A stretch of DNA of 63,366 nucleotides, the filler included, from Atractiella rhizophila (taxonomy: Eukaryota): the NCBI GenBank assembly GCA_021432655.1. It is 2 parts of 2 records of this genome, joined end to end, with 100 filler letters (N's around TTAATTAATTAA, not from the genome) between each part and the next. Parts side by side here need not be neighbours in the genome. Positions count along the whole stretch, not along the records: positions 31,750 to 63,366 come from MU271693.1; 1 more part is not named here. One strand, 5' to 3'. A program made the position numbers and the translations under genes. The notes under the pieces are model-generated. The model was not told the origin of the DNA and searched no databases. It saw only the letters and a program-made list of their open reading frames with translations. Each line of letters begins with the position of its first letter. Within the stretch, counting starts at the first letter, position 1. Of this stretch, positions 49,059 to 61,877 are shown piece after piece.

Positions 49059-49390
49059 TATTCGAAGTAGGCGGTTAGCTACAACGCGACGGTGGGCTGG
49101 TCAACAAAGGCTAGCAGGCTTTTTTGTGTTGGATTTAGAGTTGTTTAGAGGGGACGGAAGGTGAGGCTGTTCGTCAGCAAGTTTGCGCGATCACCTGTGC
49201 CGATTCCCACAAGAGGCATTCTGCCGTGCTGCGTGTTGCGCTTGTGCCATGCCAGAGGGCATAGTGGGATGATATGAGGAACATTCAATTTTTGTAATCA
49301 TTACATGGCGAGACTTTTGCTCAGAGAACAGGACAACATTGGCACCCGACAGGCACTCTCTCCTTCAGCCATCCATTCTGTGATTTGTGT

Positions 49391-51435
49391 TTAGACAGGC
49401 ACGCAAATTATGGAGCTAACGCTGATGCCCAGCAGGTCTCCTCTCAATCTGCACAATCACAGTCATCGAGGTAGGAAGTCAAGTTCAGGTCGAAGTAAAG
49501 AAAGGGAATGAACGCACGCTTCAATCTTAAATCCGCTCTGTTCGATCAACGCAGTCCAAGCGCTTATTGTCCTCTCTTCTCCATTATTCAAATTCATCAT
49601 TCCCAAGTCGAGGGTCTGAGAATCCCAGAATCATTCACCACTTGGGCTGACAGGATGACAATGACAAAAGTGACGAACGTAAGGGAAAGCTAATCCTCCT
49701 CCAAAGTTCGACAATAGCGGAGGAGGGGCACTCGGCGGCTGGTAGATTGAGGAAGGAGGGAGCGTCGCATCAGGGGCAGAGTATTTAAGGATCCGGTCGA
49801 GGATTACGAGTTTGGATTTGGTGGAACTGGACGTCATTGCCTCCTTGACTTTCTTGAGGATCTTGACTACATCCTGAGCTGGCCAATCGTGTCTGCCACA
49901 GTCTCAGGAAATACAGTTCAATGAGCGATGGGAGAACGCACAGAACGTGTCGGAAGAAGTAGACAGCAGCGTCCTTTGGTACCACTTCCTCCAAGAAACT
50001 CTTCCCGATGATAGTCACATCACCATTCTTCAAAGCCTCGGCATCGTTAGACTCCCAGAACTTCTCAGCCGCACCGACGATACCAGGTAAGTCTTGAACA
50101 ACAAACTTGAGTCCTGCATTCTTGTTTCTGATGGTGAGACACTGCTGTCCCACGTTCCCTCCAAGGTCTACGATTGTTGAACCCGCCTGTCATACGCTCA
50201 GCGACTTTGAGAAGCTGGAATGAAAGAGGAGAGGTGATGGAAGTCAGGTCTCACGGGTATGGCATCCCAGTCATAAGCCTTCACGTCAAGTAAATGTTCG
50301 TCAATATCGATTCTGTTTGGAAGAGGAGAGAACGAAATGGAAACGAACATCAAGCACCTCGTCTCCCCTCCCAAACCTTTCTGTGCCCACCATCCCAGCA
50401 GTAAATCTGGCTAGTCTAGCTTTATTTTCCGGCGAATGAAACCACTCCCACATCCCACCGTCGAAGTTGAACGCTACCTTCATGCAATCCTCGACCCTTG
50501 AAACTTGACCGAGAGTGGGTGAACGCAGGAGCTCGGGAAGATAGGCAGAGAGCTGGTATACGTCCGCTGTGCTGCATCCCACAGGATCGTTCAGCTGAGG
50601 AGAAGACGGGAGGGGAATGGTTGCAGGAGCACGTACGTGTGTGCGAGAAGTGCGGCTACGCCGTCAGAGTCGGTGTACCAATCCGCCTCTCTGGAGCCAT
50701 GTTCAAATCTCTCCATGCTTTCTGAGGAGCTAACGACTCACTCTTGAGATTTTAGGACTTTAAAATCCTTTCTAGTTGAAAGCGCCACTGACAACCTGTT
50801 GTTGGCGAAAGTATCCGGCTTGACCTCCGTAAAGAAGTGATGGGTAGTGAGCAGCCTGAGGATCCTGCCTATTCACACATCATAAGGGCGGAGGGGGGAG
50901 TTCAAGTTCGTGAAGATCTAGAGTAGTGAGTGAGTCATCTACGGTAACGTCTGCGAATACGTTTCTTTCCTCACGGAAAAGGTCTAGACTTGCTACGACA
51001 GTGTGGAAAGCATGCGGTAGGTGAAGGTTAGTCGTTCGATCAACTACGACTACTGGTAGCTGACAACTTTTTTTCCGTGGAGTACATCGATACTGGGGAC
51101 TTAACTACCCTCGCTTCTGCCAATAGTAACCACGAACATGCGTCAACTCACGAGACCAGCTGGGGGGACGTTACCGACGATAAGCACTTTGTAAGAGACA
51201 CTCCGACGGATAGAGGGGAGACTAGTCGTAACTATTCCCGTAGTTAACTTTATCGACGTGATGGGTTGTCGGCACTCTTAGCGGTAGCTTCGAGTGCAGG
51301 GACTCGAGAACAGTTGGCAACCTGGCCTCCCGTACGTGTAACTACTCTATCCCTTCGTCTGTCCCATGCTCGGCTCTTTCGAGTCACGCAGATAAAGATA
51401 TATAGAGTGGGGTTTAGTGTCGCTGTTAGTCGGAT
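49391..51435 (-). CDS. SAM-dependent O-methyltransferase (methyltransf_2 type); 5' exons lie in mirrored sequence, start codon in the gap
   Basis: RILRLLTTHHFFTEVKPDTFANNRLS, IVDLGGNVG, VVQDLP, VYFFRHVL|HDWP, NGEERT. The N-terminal exons are readable only as the un-reversed complement of 50885-51385. Confidence 0.9.
50883..51435. other. Mirrored (reversed, non-complemented) segment 1
   Basis: The complement read left to right gives three in-phase OMT exons with gtacgc, gtgagg and gtgcgt donors. Confidence 0.92.
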
Positions 51436-51620
51436 NNNNNNNNNNNNNNNNNNNNNNNNNNNNNNNNNNNNNNNNNNNNNNNNNNNNNNNNNNNNNNNNN
51501 NNNNNNNNNNNNNNNNNNNNNNNNNNNNNNNNNNNNNNNNNNNNNNNNNNNNNNNNNNNNNNNNNNNNNNNNNNNNNNNNNNNNNNNNNNNNNNNNNNNN
51601 NNNNNNNNNNNNNNNNNNNN
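51436..51620. other. Assembly gap (N run)
   Basis: 185 N. Confidence 0.99.
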
Positions 51621-53008
51621 TTTCCGTAGTCGATTCGGAATAAATTTCGGCGTACTTCTGCAGTTCCTTCCATTCTTTTGGAGGTTTTCTCTGGATTAGA
51701 GAGCGTTTAAAGTGAGCGTTAAAGTTTTGGACTAGGCATCTTGTTCGTTATTACGTTGTTTATTTACTTTTTAACTCTATAGTATTATTTTGTGTAGCCA
51801 ATGCTAACTATCTCTATCATTAACTACGCGGTCATGTATTTTACTTTCACAAAACCCAAGCTTACAAAGCGTTTGCCTAAAATTCAGTCTGTCTTTACTC
51901 GGAGGGTATTCCGATCAGTTATAAAGTTATAATACTTTCGACATCTGACAACTCAACAGAACTGCTAATATCAACGACGATACGTTGTCGACTTATGGTC
52001 TGTCCTAGTAACTCCGTCAGTTATAAAGTGTTATCGTAATTGTTGCCACTGGGGACGCTGTGGATCTTTATCATCCGTTGCAGGTATTTACCGCTAGTGC
52101 TTAGAGTTTCTTCTAGCTTTTACTGTTAGCACGAGCACGTTTTTGTAGTCTTTCTTCCTGCTTCACCGTATGGCTGTGCCTACCGTCCGTGAGCCGTGAA
52201 AGAGAGAGGAAAAGACAGGAAGAGGGGAGAGAAGAAGGGGGTTGCAAGGTAAGTACACGTTTCCATACAGGCAGGCATCTGGAACCACGAGAACCTAGCC
52301 CTAACTCAGACCTCGGTCAACCCGTAGAAGGTGGACTCCCTTCTTCAGCTCTACTAGTCGAAGTCGAAGACCTCGCAGGTACGAGCGACAAGATCACTGG
52401 GACCATATCGACATCCTCTCTCGACCCTACGCTCAAGGTCACGCCACCCTAACTCTCCATTCCGAGCCCTAACTTCTCCTCCGTTTTTTTCCAGCAAACA
52501 AAAACCTCCTTCGTTTAAAAAGTTTACATAATCCCAATCCCGAAACTGCAAACCGGAGTTGTTTGGACTGCGACCCTCTGCTTAAAAGTAGAAGATCGGC
52601 TTATTCTACCACCTGACAAGGACCGCGGTGCAACCCTACTCGACTTTCTATCTTACACCTTGATATACCTTAGAAATCGTCAAGCGTCACCTGGTGTTCA
52701 CTCGACTCAGGTTTACTGGAAAAGGTGCTTTCATCAGTCCCTGTGTATCGCATGAGACGAAAAATGCGCACTTCGCCGAACACCTATAACACATGTGACA
52801 AGCTTAGAAAACAAGAGTGTAGTACCGCCTCGACGAACGCGGTCGATATTGGTTCAACCGTTACTTTGCTCGCCAAGTAATGTCGATCTTGTAGATCTTT
52901 CCAGGTAAAAAGTAAAATGTACCACATCTGTGACATGTTCACTCGGAACTGAACTTAAACCACTTAGGAATACTCGTAAGGACGACACGTTCCAAAGTAA
53001 AGAAAGAT
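51621..53008. other. Mirrored (reversed, non-complemented) segment 2
   Basis: Read backwards, 52381 to 52173 is an ATG-initiated 69-codon exon ending ACHPC-CG|gtatgc. It splices in phase to cacag|A at 53023. Confidence 0.9.
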
Positions 53009-53949
53009 CAAGTTATTCACAGACAACGAAGGATCCGCTGCTCCGGCACACGTCCAGTCTGCGAACGCTGCCTCCAACGAAACATCGAGGCCGAATGCAA
53101 CTACGACGTTCGGCCCCGTATGCGAGGAAAAGGAATCAAGACACTTCTAGCCGAGCTGGAGCGGATACCGGACGAGAGTGGACAAGCACCGGTGAAGCTA
53201 CCTAAAGAATGGGAGGAACGGTGCATCAACCAATTGAGAGAGAGGAAAAGGTTGAAAATTGAGGGTGGGAATCCGGTCATCGTTAATGGAGAGATCGTAT
53301 GGTTCGATGAGGAGGGAGATGCTGAACAGATGTCGATGAAGTTGAGAGAGAATGGGGCCGTCATACTCCCTCAAGAGTTTTTCACTGGTGGAGACATGCC
53401 TGTGGCCAACGGGAGCTCGAAACGGCCCAACGCGGCGTGTGGACCATGCAAGTTCGTATCCATTCGCACAAGTCTGGAATATGCATGTTAATGGAGATGA
53501 ATAGGGAACGAAAAGTACGGTGCATCGTGGAGGACAAAATCACAGGGATGTGCAGCAGCTGCTTGAAACGCGGACTGGTCTGTCACCCATCCAATGTCGT
53601 CGTTCCCATCCAAGTTTCACTCCCACCTCCGCTGCTCCCCTCCCATCTCCAACCGACAATGTCAGCGCTACGCGACCTCGTCCCCGACCTCCCCATCGAC
53701 CCGACGATCGCGAACCAGACTCAATCATTCTACACCAACGCCAGGAGCGAACTCCAACCAAGGATACCGACATCTAACCATCAACATCACCCGCAATTGC
53801 CCATCGCGCATGCGCATGGAATACCACATTTACATCAGGGACAGCTTGTACTCGAGGCCCCTCCGTTGGCAGTTGGGAGAGAGACATTTGGACGACCTGA
53901 TACCTCTGCGGAGGCGGGTGATGTCGTTGCTCCCCGTCGGCATCGTTAA
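52173..53949 (+). CDS. Transcription factor with two Zn(II)2Cys6 clusters (exon 1 in mirrored sequence)
   Basis: Cluster 1: ACHPCR|QRRIRCSGTRPVCERCLQRNIEAEC. Cluster 2: ACGPCK|ERKVRCIVEDKITGMCSSCLKRGLVC. Confidence 0.85.
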
Positions 53950-54381
53950 TACTGGAGCATGACTTTTATTTTAGAGTACTTTAGTCGTTAGGTTGTCCTT
54001 TTATCGTTTTCTCACACTACCAAGGTCGCAGTGATTATGTAGCTGTCTCAAGCTGTCTCTTTGTATCCTGTCGATCTGTTGAACAGTTCTCCAACCTGCC
54101 TCATTTCCTTCATACATACATACATCTCCATCGTACTTCAGCACTTGATTGTGTCTCTCAGCTTCGTCTGCTTCTACTCAAATGTGTAACGTAGCCAGGA
54201 GTATATAAGCAAAAACGTATCCACCTCATCTTCATCCACAGTGATCTACACCAAACAGCCGATCGGACTTGGAGGTGTAGCATTCCCAACAACTTCCACG
54301 ACTACAACTCCTTTGGCATCTCTCCCTTCCTCCCAGGCGATCCAGCTGCTAGAAGGACTAGACGGCCAACACTCACCAAAG

Positions 54382-55220
54382 ATGACCCAAAACCTGAGTC
54401 TGTACAGCACGACGGCCGTCCTAATACTGGACAACGAGGGTCAGCGATTGCTCGCCAAATACTATACACACCCAACCGTGGAGTCTTCCGCCGCCCCTTC
54501 TGCTGGTGGCGTTGCGGGTGCCGGCGCATCGAGCAGCGCAAATGGGGCCGGAAAGGGAGGACCGTTTGCGACGGTGAAGGAGCAGAGAGCGTTCGAGACT
54601 AGCATTTGGGAGAAAACGAAGAAAGTACCCAGTGCGCGTTCCTTTTCTCTTTTGTATTTCTGAGGCTGATGGGCTGTTTGTTCTGTTTCTCTTCTACTTT
54701 TTGCTCTTGCTTTGCACTCTTGCATTTCTATTTTGCACTTTGCGTTTGCTTTCTGTTGGTTGGATGCAAAGACGGGGAGATCCTCCTACACGCCTCCCAT
54801 CTCATCCTCTACAAACCATCCGTCGACCTCACCCTTTACATTGTCGGACCGGAGAGCGAGAACGAGCTGATGCTGAGTTCGCTGCTCAACTCGTTATACG
54901 AGAGTTTGAGCACCGTCCTGAGGCACCAATTCGAAAAGAGGAGCGTATTGGAGAACCTCGACTTGGTAGTTTTGACGGTGGATGAGACGGTGGACGATGG
55001 GTGGGTCTCTTCCTATCTTACATTCTGACGACGTCTTGACATATTTGGACACATGTGCAGAATCATCCTCGAACTCGACTCGCCAGCCATCCTCTCCCGC
55101 GTCTCAAGACCTCGAACGGACGCTGGAGTGCAGATTGCGGACATTACGATCAATGAAGAGACGCTGAGACAGGCGTTTGGGACGATCAGGGATCGGGTGA
55201 GGCGATTGGCTGATTCTTAG
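54382..55220 (+). CDS. RET3: Coatomer subunit zeta
   Basis: NLSLYSTTAVLILDNEGQRLLAKYY, KEQRAFE, ENELML, LENLDLVVLTVDETVDDG|IILE. Confidence 0.93.
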
Positions 55221-55687
55221 ACGAAAAAGACTTTTTTGGTCATGGTGGACCGGTCAAAGTTTGGTGGAGGTGCAAGTTCACTTTCTGATCGAGTGGATAG
55301 TCGTTGTCTAGATGGTTCCTTGTATGTGAAGCAATCTTTGATGCGGTGTTCAGACGTATTGACTCGCCTTCAAAGTCAAAGTTGGTCTGTGTCTGCTGCT
55401 CGTTCTTCTCCGAACAATCTGTCCTACTTCGTTTGAGCGGAAACATTATCCTTTCTGCAGAGGAAATCGTCGAGTGCATACCCAGCAATGATTTCTAATA
55501 TCACTGAGCCTGCTTGAGCCGAAGCACGTCGCTAAGCAAATACAAAATAAAGAAGCGAGACGAAGGCACCTTCCCGGTTAGCCGCTTTAACGCCGTGAGT
55601 GGGCAACGACTTGCTCCGTCATAAAACGACCATCAAACCAGCAGAACATTCCCCTCCACACTTCCTCCTCCCTGCCAGCATCCAGAG

Positions 55688-57489
55688 ATGGCCCCGCCAC
55701 ACTCTCGAGACGCCATCCTCTCCTCGCTCAACCGCTTCCTCACCTCCCCCCGCTTCTCCTCCCTCCGCCGCCCCTACACCGCCCAACAGCTCCTCTCAAA
55801 AGTAGGCTCCAACCCCGCCCACCTCTACTCCCGCCCATCCCCCGGCGCGAAGCTGCATGCGCTCCTCCTGCACGCGCTCCGAACGGGAGAGCCGATACGG
55901 ACCATGGGAGCTATAGACCCCGTCCAGATATCACAGTACGTGCGGGCTGGGATTAAAGTGGGATATGTCTCTGGATGGGCCACAAGCGCCACTGGAGTGT
56001 ATCCCGTGGGAGTCAATCCGGGTCCTGATGTGGCGGATTATCCGTATACGAGTGTGCCGGCGGTGGTGGAGAGGTTACAGAGGGCTTTGAGGGCGATGGA
56101 TCGACGTGAGTGGTTTGAGGTCGTGAATGGGGAGAAGAAGGAAGAGGAGTGGGTGGATTACAATGTCCCGCTGTTTGCAGACATGGACTCGGGTCATGGT
56201 GGATTGGCTTCTATCATGAAATTGGCTACCCTGTTTGCGGATGCGGGAGTGGCGGGTGTGCACATTGAAGATCAGTTACATGGAGTTAAGAAGTGTGGAC
56301 ACCAGGGAGGGAAGGTGGTCGTGCCCGTGGAAGAGATGATTGAGCGTCTGGTTGGCGCGAGGATGGCATGGGATATCATGGGTGCGGAAACGGTGTGCGT
56401 GGCACGCACGGATTGTTGTGATGCCTCTTTGATCAGCGAGGATGGAGGAGCATCAGATGCCGAGTTCATCGAGGGTGTCATAGTCGACGAAGGTGAGAGC
56501 ACGCTACGAGAGGAAGTGGACCGAGCAATGAGGGGGCGAGGGGTGAGTAAAGGAGTGGAAGAGAAGTGGTTGGAAGGAAAGAAGCTGATAACAATAGACG
56601 AAGGTCCGTCTTTCTCTCCCCTCTCTCCTAATGTCTTTAACATGGAATACAAGCTGCCGAATCTATCCTCCCCAGCGACAAATATGCCTCGTACCAATCC
56701 ACCATCTCCCAAACCCCATCCACCATCCGCCAACGCCACCTCCTCGCCTCCTCCCTCCTCGGTCGTCCCTTCCCCTGGTCGCACACGCATCCACGCACGC
56801 GCGAAGGGTTCTACCGGTACCGTGGAGGGCTCTCCGCACTCAAGAAGCGAATCATCGCCTTCGGACCGTACGTCGACGGGGTCTGGGCGGAGACGGCGAA
56901 ACCGTCGGTGGCAGAGGCGAGGGAGTATGCGAGGGCGTTTAGGAGCGTGAAGGGGAATGAGGAGAAGTTTTTGACGTACAATTTGAGCCCGAGCTTCAAT
57001 TGGTCCGCTCATGGTTTCTCGGATGGAGAGATGGAGAGCTTTATTCCGGAGATTGGGAAGGAGGGGTTTGCGTTGCAGTTGGTTAGTTTGGCTGGGCTGC
57101 ATTTGGATGCTTTGGGAGCTAGTACGTCTTCATTATTCCTTTCCGTTTCTTTCTGTTTGAGAACAATCTTGTTCGAGAATGTCGCTCATTTCTTGGTTGG
57201 CAGATGTCCTGGCTAAAGCCTACTTGAAAGAAGGAATGAAGGCGTACACGGAACTCATACAGAGAAAGGAGAAGGACGAAGGCGTAGACGTACTCAAACA
57301 TCAGAAGTGGAGCGGAGCCAAATTGATGGACGAGACCCTCATGGGTAAGTTTTCTCCCCTCCCTTCTTTCATTCTTCTTTCGAGGTGGACAAGAACTGAT
57401 CATATGGTTTCTGTCTCGACATAGATATCCAAGGAAGCTCGGAGAGGAGCTCGATGGGTGCAGCGAGCACAGAGAGCCAGTTCGACTGA
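55688..57489 (+). CDS. Isocitrate lyase family, probably 2-methylisocitrate lyase
   Basis: HIEDQLHGVKKCGH, ARTD, RTREGFY, YNLSPSFNW, HQKWSGA. SGWA and QLVSLAGLH match the MCL-type residues rather than ICL SGWQ/FITLAG. Confidence 0.88.
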
Positions 57490-57971
57490 GCTCCGAGTCT
57501 TGACTCTCTGCTTCAAAAACAAAAACTCTAGCTTCCAATCAAAGCGGAGTTGTACATTATCATTATTTGTGTCTTTCGAAGGACGTACAAATTTAAATGC
57601 CTATTGCTCGAGATTTTGTTCAAGATATCGGTTGGGAAGTAAGGCTATGCGCTCCTGCCGCGGTATTGAGGACTAGATCAGAGTTTTGTTACAGTCCGAG
57701 GCGTATTTCTATCACTGATATTATACAAATGAGTAAGGATATATGATGTCCAACTGATAAAATGGGGAGACGACACCAAACTCCACAACAGAGCAAGTTC
57801 GAAGACAGCTAGAACCACGCGATCAAAAGCAATATATGTTCAGTACAACTAGCAACTTTGTAGTCGAATTTGGTGAAGAAAGCAAATCTGATCAACCACT
57901 TGAACGAAGCATGGATTGAGGCAGCTCGATGTACCAAAATGGTGAGATAGGATCTAAGCGGTCGCCCCTTC

Positions 57972-60900
57972 TACGAGATCGCCGGTTCATCTTTCCAAAT
58001 GATGATCTCGCCATACTTGACCCTGTTCATGAACAATAATGTTTAATATCCCACACTATCAAGCAGAGTCAATAGAAAACGCACCTAAACTCGCAGTTTT
58101 TCAACTTGGCTACATCCCTCACCTTCCTCACTTGCAAGTCCGACCAATCCAAGCTCAGACCTCCAGCTGGATTTCCTACTCTCGAAGCGCCGCCAAGCAA
58201 CAATCTTAGCTTCTTACACATCCCCCTCCCTCTTCCAGGTATAAACTCCAGCACATCCTCCTCGCTCGCATTCCCGTTCGCCTCTTCTGAATTCCAACTG
58301 CTCGGTTTACGCATTTTCACCGTATCCCATCCCGCTATAGCATTCGTCACCTTCTCAGGTGTCCAGATTCCCATCCCTCCACTACCACCGATACATCCCT
58401 TGATCACCAAAGTCTCGAGGCCTTCCGGATTCGCCCACCTAATCTTTGCATCCTTGAGACAATCAACGCTCATCAGGTCTCCCTCGAAGTATAGGTGTTT
58501 GAGTTCGGGACTATGAGCGAGTATCTCGTCCAGAGGATAGGAAGCTGCTGGATCCGCAGAAACAGACGGTTTGTTGTTAGTGGTGATCGTGCCCCACCAT
58601 CCAGGGCCGAGAACGAGCTCTTGGAGCTTGTGACGCTGGAGGTAGCAGGGAGGATTGAAGGGATCGTAAGGGGTCGACGGTTTCGTCGTCCTTCCATCCG
58701 TACGAGTCAGGATGGCATCGCGAAGACCGATGCGAGAAACAAGGGAAGAGCGCCAGAGGACGAAGCGGCGCAAAGGTAATCTGAATCGTTTTCCCTGAGC
58801 ATAATGAAGAAACGGATGGAGATGAAGAGACTCACGGAGCGATGAGACCTCTCAGATCGTCATCCCCAATGGCGACATCGACGAGAACGACCTCCCTAAG
58901 CCATTTACCTATATCTTCCGTCTTGATCTCGCTCCACCTATTCACCCCATTATTCAAAGCCGGTGTATTCACCAAACTCGGCGCATATTCGCTCAAAAGT
59001 CCTCTCCAAGCCAGGTATTCAATGTTTGTCCACTCCTTCAGTAGACCCATGAGACTCCGAACCGGCCAAAGCGCGGGAGAGGCAGAGGGAGAAGGCGAAT
59101 AAATCACGTAGAGCTCATCCGCTGCACTTGGGATGGACACTTCTCTCGGAGGATAGTTTGGTGGATCATTGTGACCTCTACTTCGATCAGGAGGGAAGAG
59201 GTCCTTCGAGAAATGTAGCAGGGTGTCCCAGGTGCCCCAGACGCGATTGAGTTCGTTCATGTAGACGGAGGCGTTCGATGGGAGATTGATGGAGAAGCTG
59301 AGCAGGGAAGAGACGGAAAGGAGGATGGGAGAGAAGAAGAGGAGAGTCTGGTGTAAGTACCAAGGCAGCCATACGTTGTTTCCACTGTTTCTTCCTGCTC
59401 GTTGCTCCTCTCTCTTCTCGCACATCCCATCCAGATCGATCTCGAGGCGTTTCACCAGAGTCCTCAACTTTGGGTTCGCATGGAAAGCGACGTGAAGCTT
59501 GTGCGCATTCGCACGAGTGGGGAGGTAGGGGCAGTGATATAACTCAGCTTGAGCAGGAAGGAGAAGCGAGCGAGATCCGACGAGACATAAAGAGAGAAGG
59601 GTGCGAAGTGTCTGAGGGTGTGGCTGAGACGGCATTTGACTCGAAGGACCGTGATCTGGAGGAGGAGGGAGGAAAGAGAGGATATGGCTGATGACTGAAG
59701 TGGGGAGGGATTCCAGCGAAATCTTTGCTTTGGCTTTTGAGTACTCTTCTTCTTGTTTCCTCATCAACATGCGTTCCGCACCCAGTGGAGAACCGGCTGG
59801 ACCGAAGGGCTGGGGATGGAGCGAATCGTGCGGTTCGGTCTTGATCGCTTCGACGCGCCGCCGCTTCAGTGGAGGAGGAGAAGAACTATTCCTCATTGGT
59901 TGGTACGGGGAGTAAGCTTGCCTATACGAGATCGCCGGTTCATCTTTCCAAATGATGATCTCGCCATACTTGACCCTGTTCATGAACAATAATGTTTAAT
60001 ATCCCACACTATCAAGCAGAGTCAATAGAAAACGCACCTAAACTCGCAGTTTTTCAACTTGGCTACATCCCTCACCTTCCTCACTTGCAAGTCCGACCAA
60101 TCCAAGCTCAGACCTCCAGCTGGATTTCCTACTCTCGAAGCGCCGCCAAGCAACAATCTTAGCTTCTTACACATCCCCCTCCCTCTTCCAGGTATAAACT
60201 CCAGCACATCCTCCTCGCTCGCATTCCCGTTCGCCTCTTCTGAATTCCAACTGCTCGGTTTACGCATTTTCACCGTATCCCATCCCGCTATAGCATTCGT
60301 CACCTTCTCAGGTGTCCAGATTCCCATCCCTCCACTACCACCGATACATCCCTTGATCACCAAAGTCTCGAGGCCTTCTGGATTCGCCCACCTAATCTTC
60401 GCATCCTTGAGACAATCAACGCTCATCAGGTCTCCCTCAAAGTATAGGTGCTTCAGTTCGGGACTATGAGCGAGTATCTCGTCTAGAGGATAGGAAGCTG
60501 CTGGATCCGCAGAAACAGACGGTTTATTGTTAGTGGTGATCGTGCCCCACCATCCGGGGCCTAGAACGAGCTCTTGGAGTTTGTGACGCTGGAGGTAGCA
60601 GGGAGGATTGAAGGGATCGTAAGGAGTCGACGGTTTCGTCGTCCTTCCATCCGTACGAGTCAGAATGGCATCGCGAAGACCAATGCGAGAGACAAGGGAA
60701 GAGCGCCAGAGGACGAAGCGGCGCAAAGGTAATCTGAATCGTTTTCCCTGAGCATAATGAAGAAACTGGATGGAGATGAAGAGACTCACGGAGCGATGAG
60801 ACCTCTCAGGTCGTCGTCCCCAATGGCGACATCGACGAGAACGACCTCCCTAAGCCATTTACCTATATCTTCCGTCTTCATCTCGCTCCACCTATTCACC

Positions 60901-61877
60901 CCATTATTCAAAGCCGGTGTATTCACCAAACTCGGCGCATATTCGCTCAAAAGCCCCCTCCAAGCCAGGTACTCGATGTTCGTCCACTCCTTCAGTAGAC
61001 CCATGAGACTCCGAACCGGCCAAAGCGCGGGAGAGGCGGAGGGAGAAGGCGAATAAATCACGTAGAGCTCATCCGCTGCACTTGGGATGGACACTTCTCT
61101 CGGAGGATAGTTTGGTGGATCATTGTGGCCTCTACTTCGATCAGGAGGGAAGAGGTCCTTCGAGAAATGTAGCAAGGTGTCCCAGGTGCCCCAGACGCGA
61201 TTGAGTTCGTTCATGTAGACGGAAGCATTCGATGGGAGATTGATGGAGAAGCTGAGCAGGGAAGAGACGGAAAGGAGGATGGGAGAGAAGAAGAGGAGAG
61301 TCTGGTGTAAGTACCAAGGCAGCCATACGTTGTTTCCACTGTTTCTTCCTGCTCGTTGCTCCTCTCTCTTCTCGCACATCCCATCCAGATCGATCTCGAG
61401 GCGTTTCACCAGAGTCCTCAACTTTGGGTTCGCATGGAAAGCGACGTGAAGCTTGTGCGCATTCGCACGAGTGGGGAGGTAGGGGCAGTGATATAACTCA
61501 GCTTGAGCAGGAAGGAGAAGCGAGCGAGATCCGACGAGACATAAAGAGAGAAGGGTGCGAAGTGTCTGAGGGTGTGGCTGAGACGGCATTTGACTCGAAG
61601 GACCGTGATCTGGAGGAGGAGGGAGGAAAGAGAGGATATGGCTGATGACTGAAGTGGGGAGGGATTCCAGCGAAATCTTTGCTTTGGCTTTTGAGTACTC
61701 TTCTTCTTGTTTCCTCATCAACATGCGTTCCGCACCCAGTGGAGAACCGGCTGGACCGAAGGGCTGGGGATGGAGCGAATCGTGCGGTTCGGTCTTGATC
61801 GCTTCGACGCGCCGACGCTTCAGTGGAGGAGGAGAAGAACTATTCCTCATTGGTTGGTACGGGGAGTAAGCTTGCCT
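57972..61877. repeat. ~1.95-kb near-identical tandem duplication (3' part of the F-box-like gene)
   Basis: 57972-59923 matches 59925-61877 with mostly synonymous SNPs; single A at 59924. Confidence 0.95.

Noticed and set aside
50883..53008. Biological 'mirror replication' as the explanation for the reversed segments
   Set aside because: The segments abut an N-gap on both sides and interrupt otherwise intact genes. A software error is far more parsimonious.
56600..56950. Apparent frameshift in the isocitrate lyase family ORF
   Set aside because: Explained by an intron (GAA G|gtccgt..tacaag|CT) that restores the RTREGFY and WAET frame.
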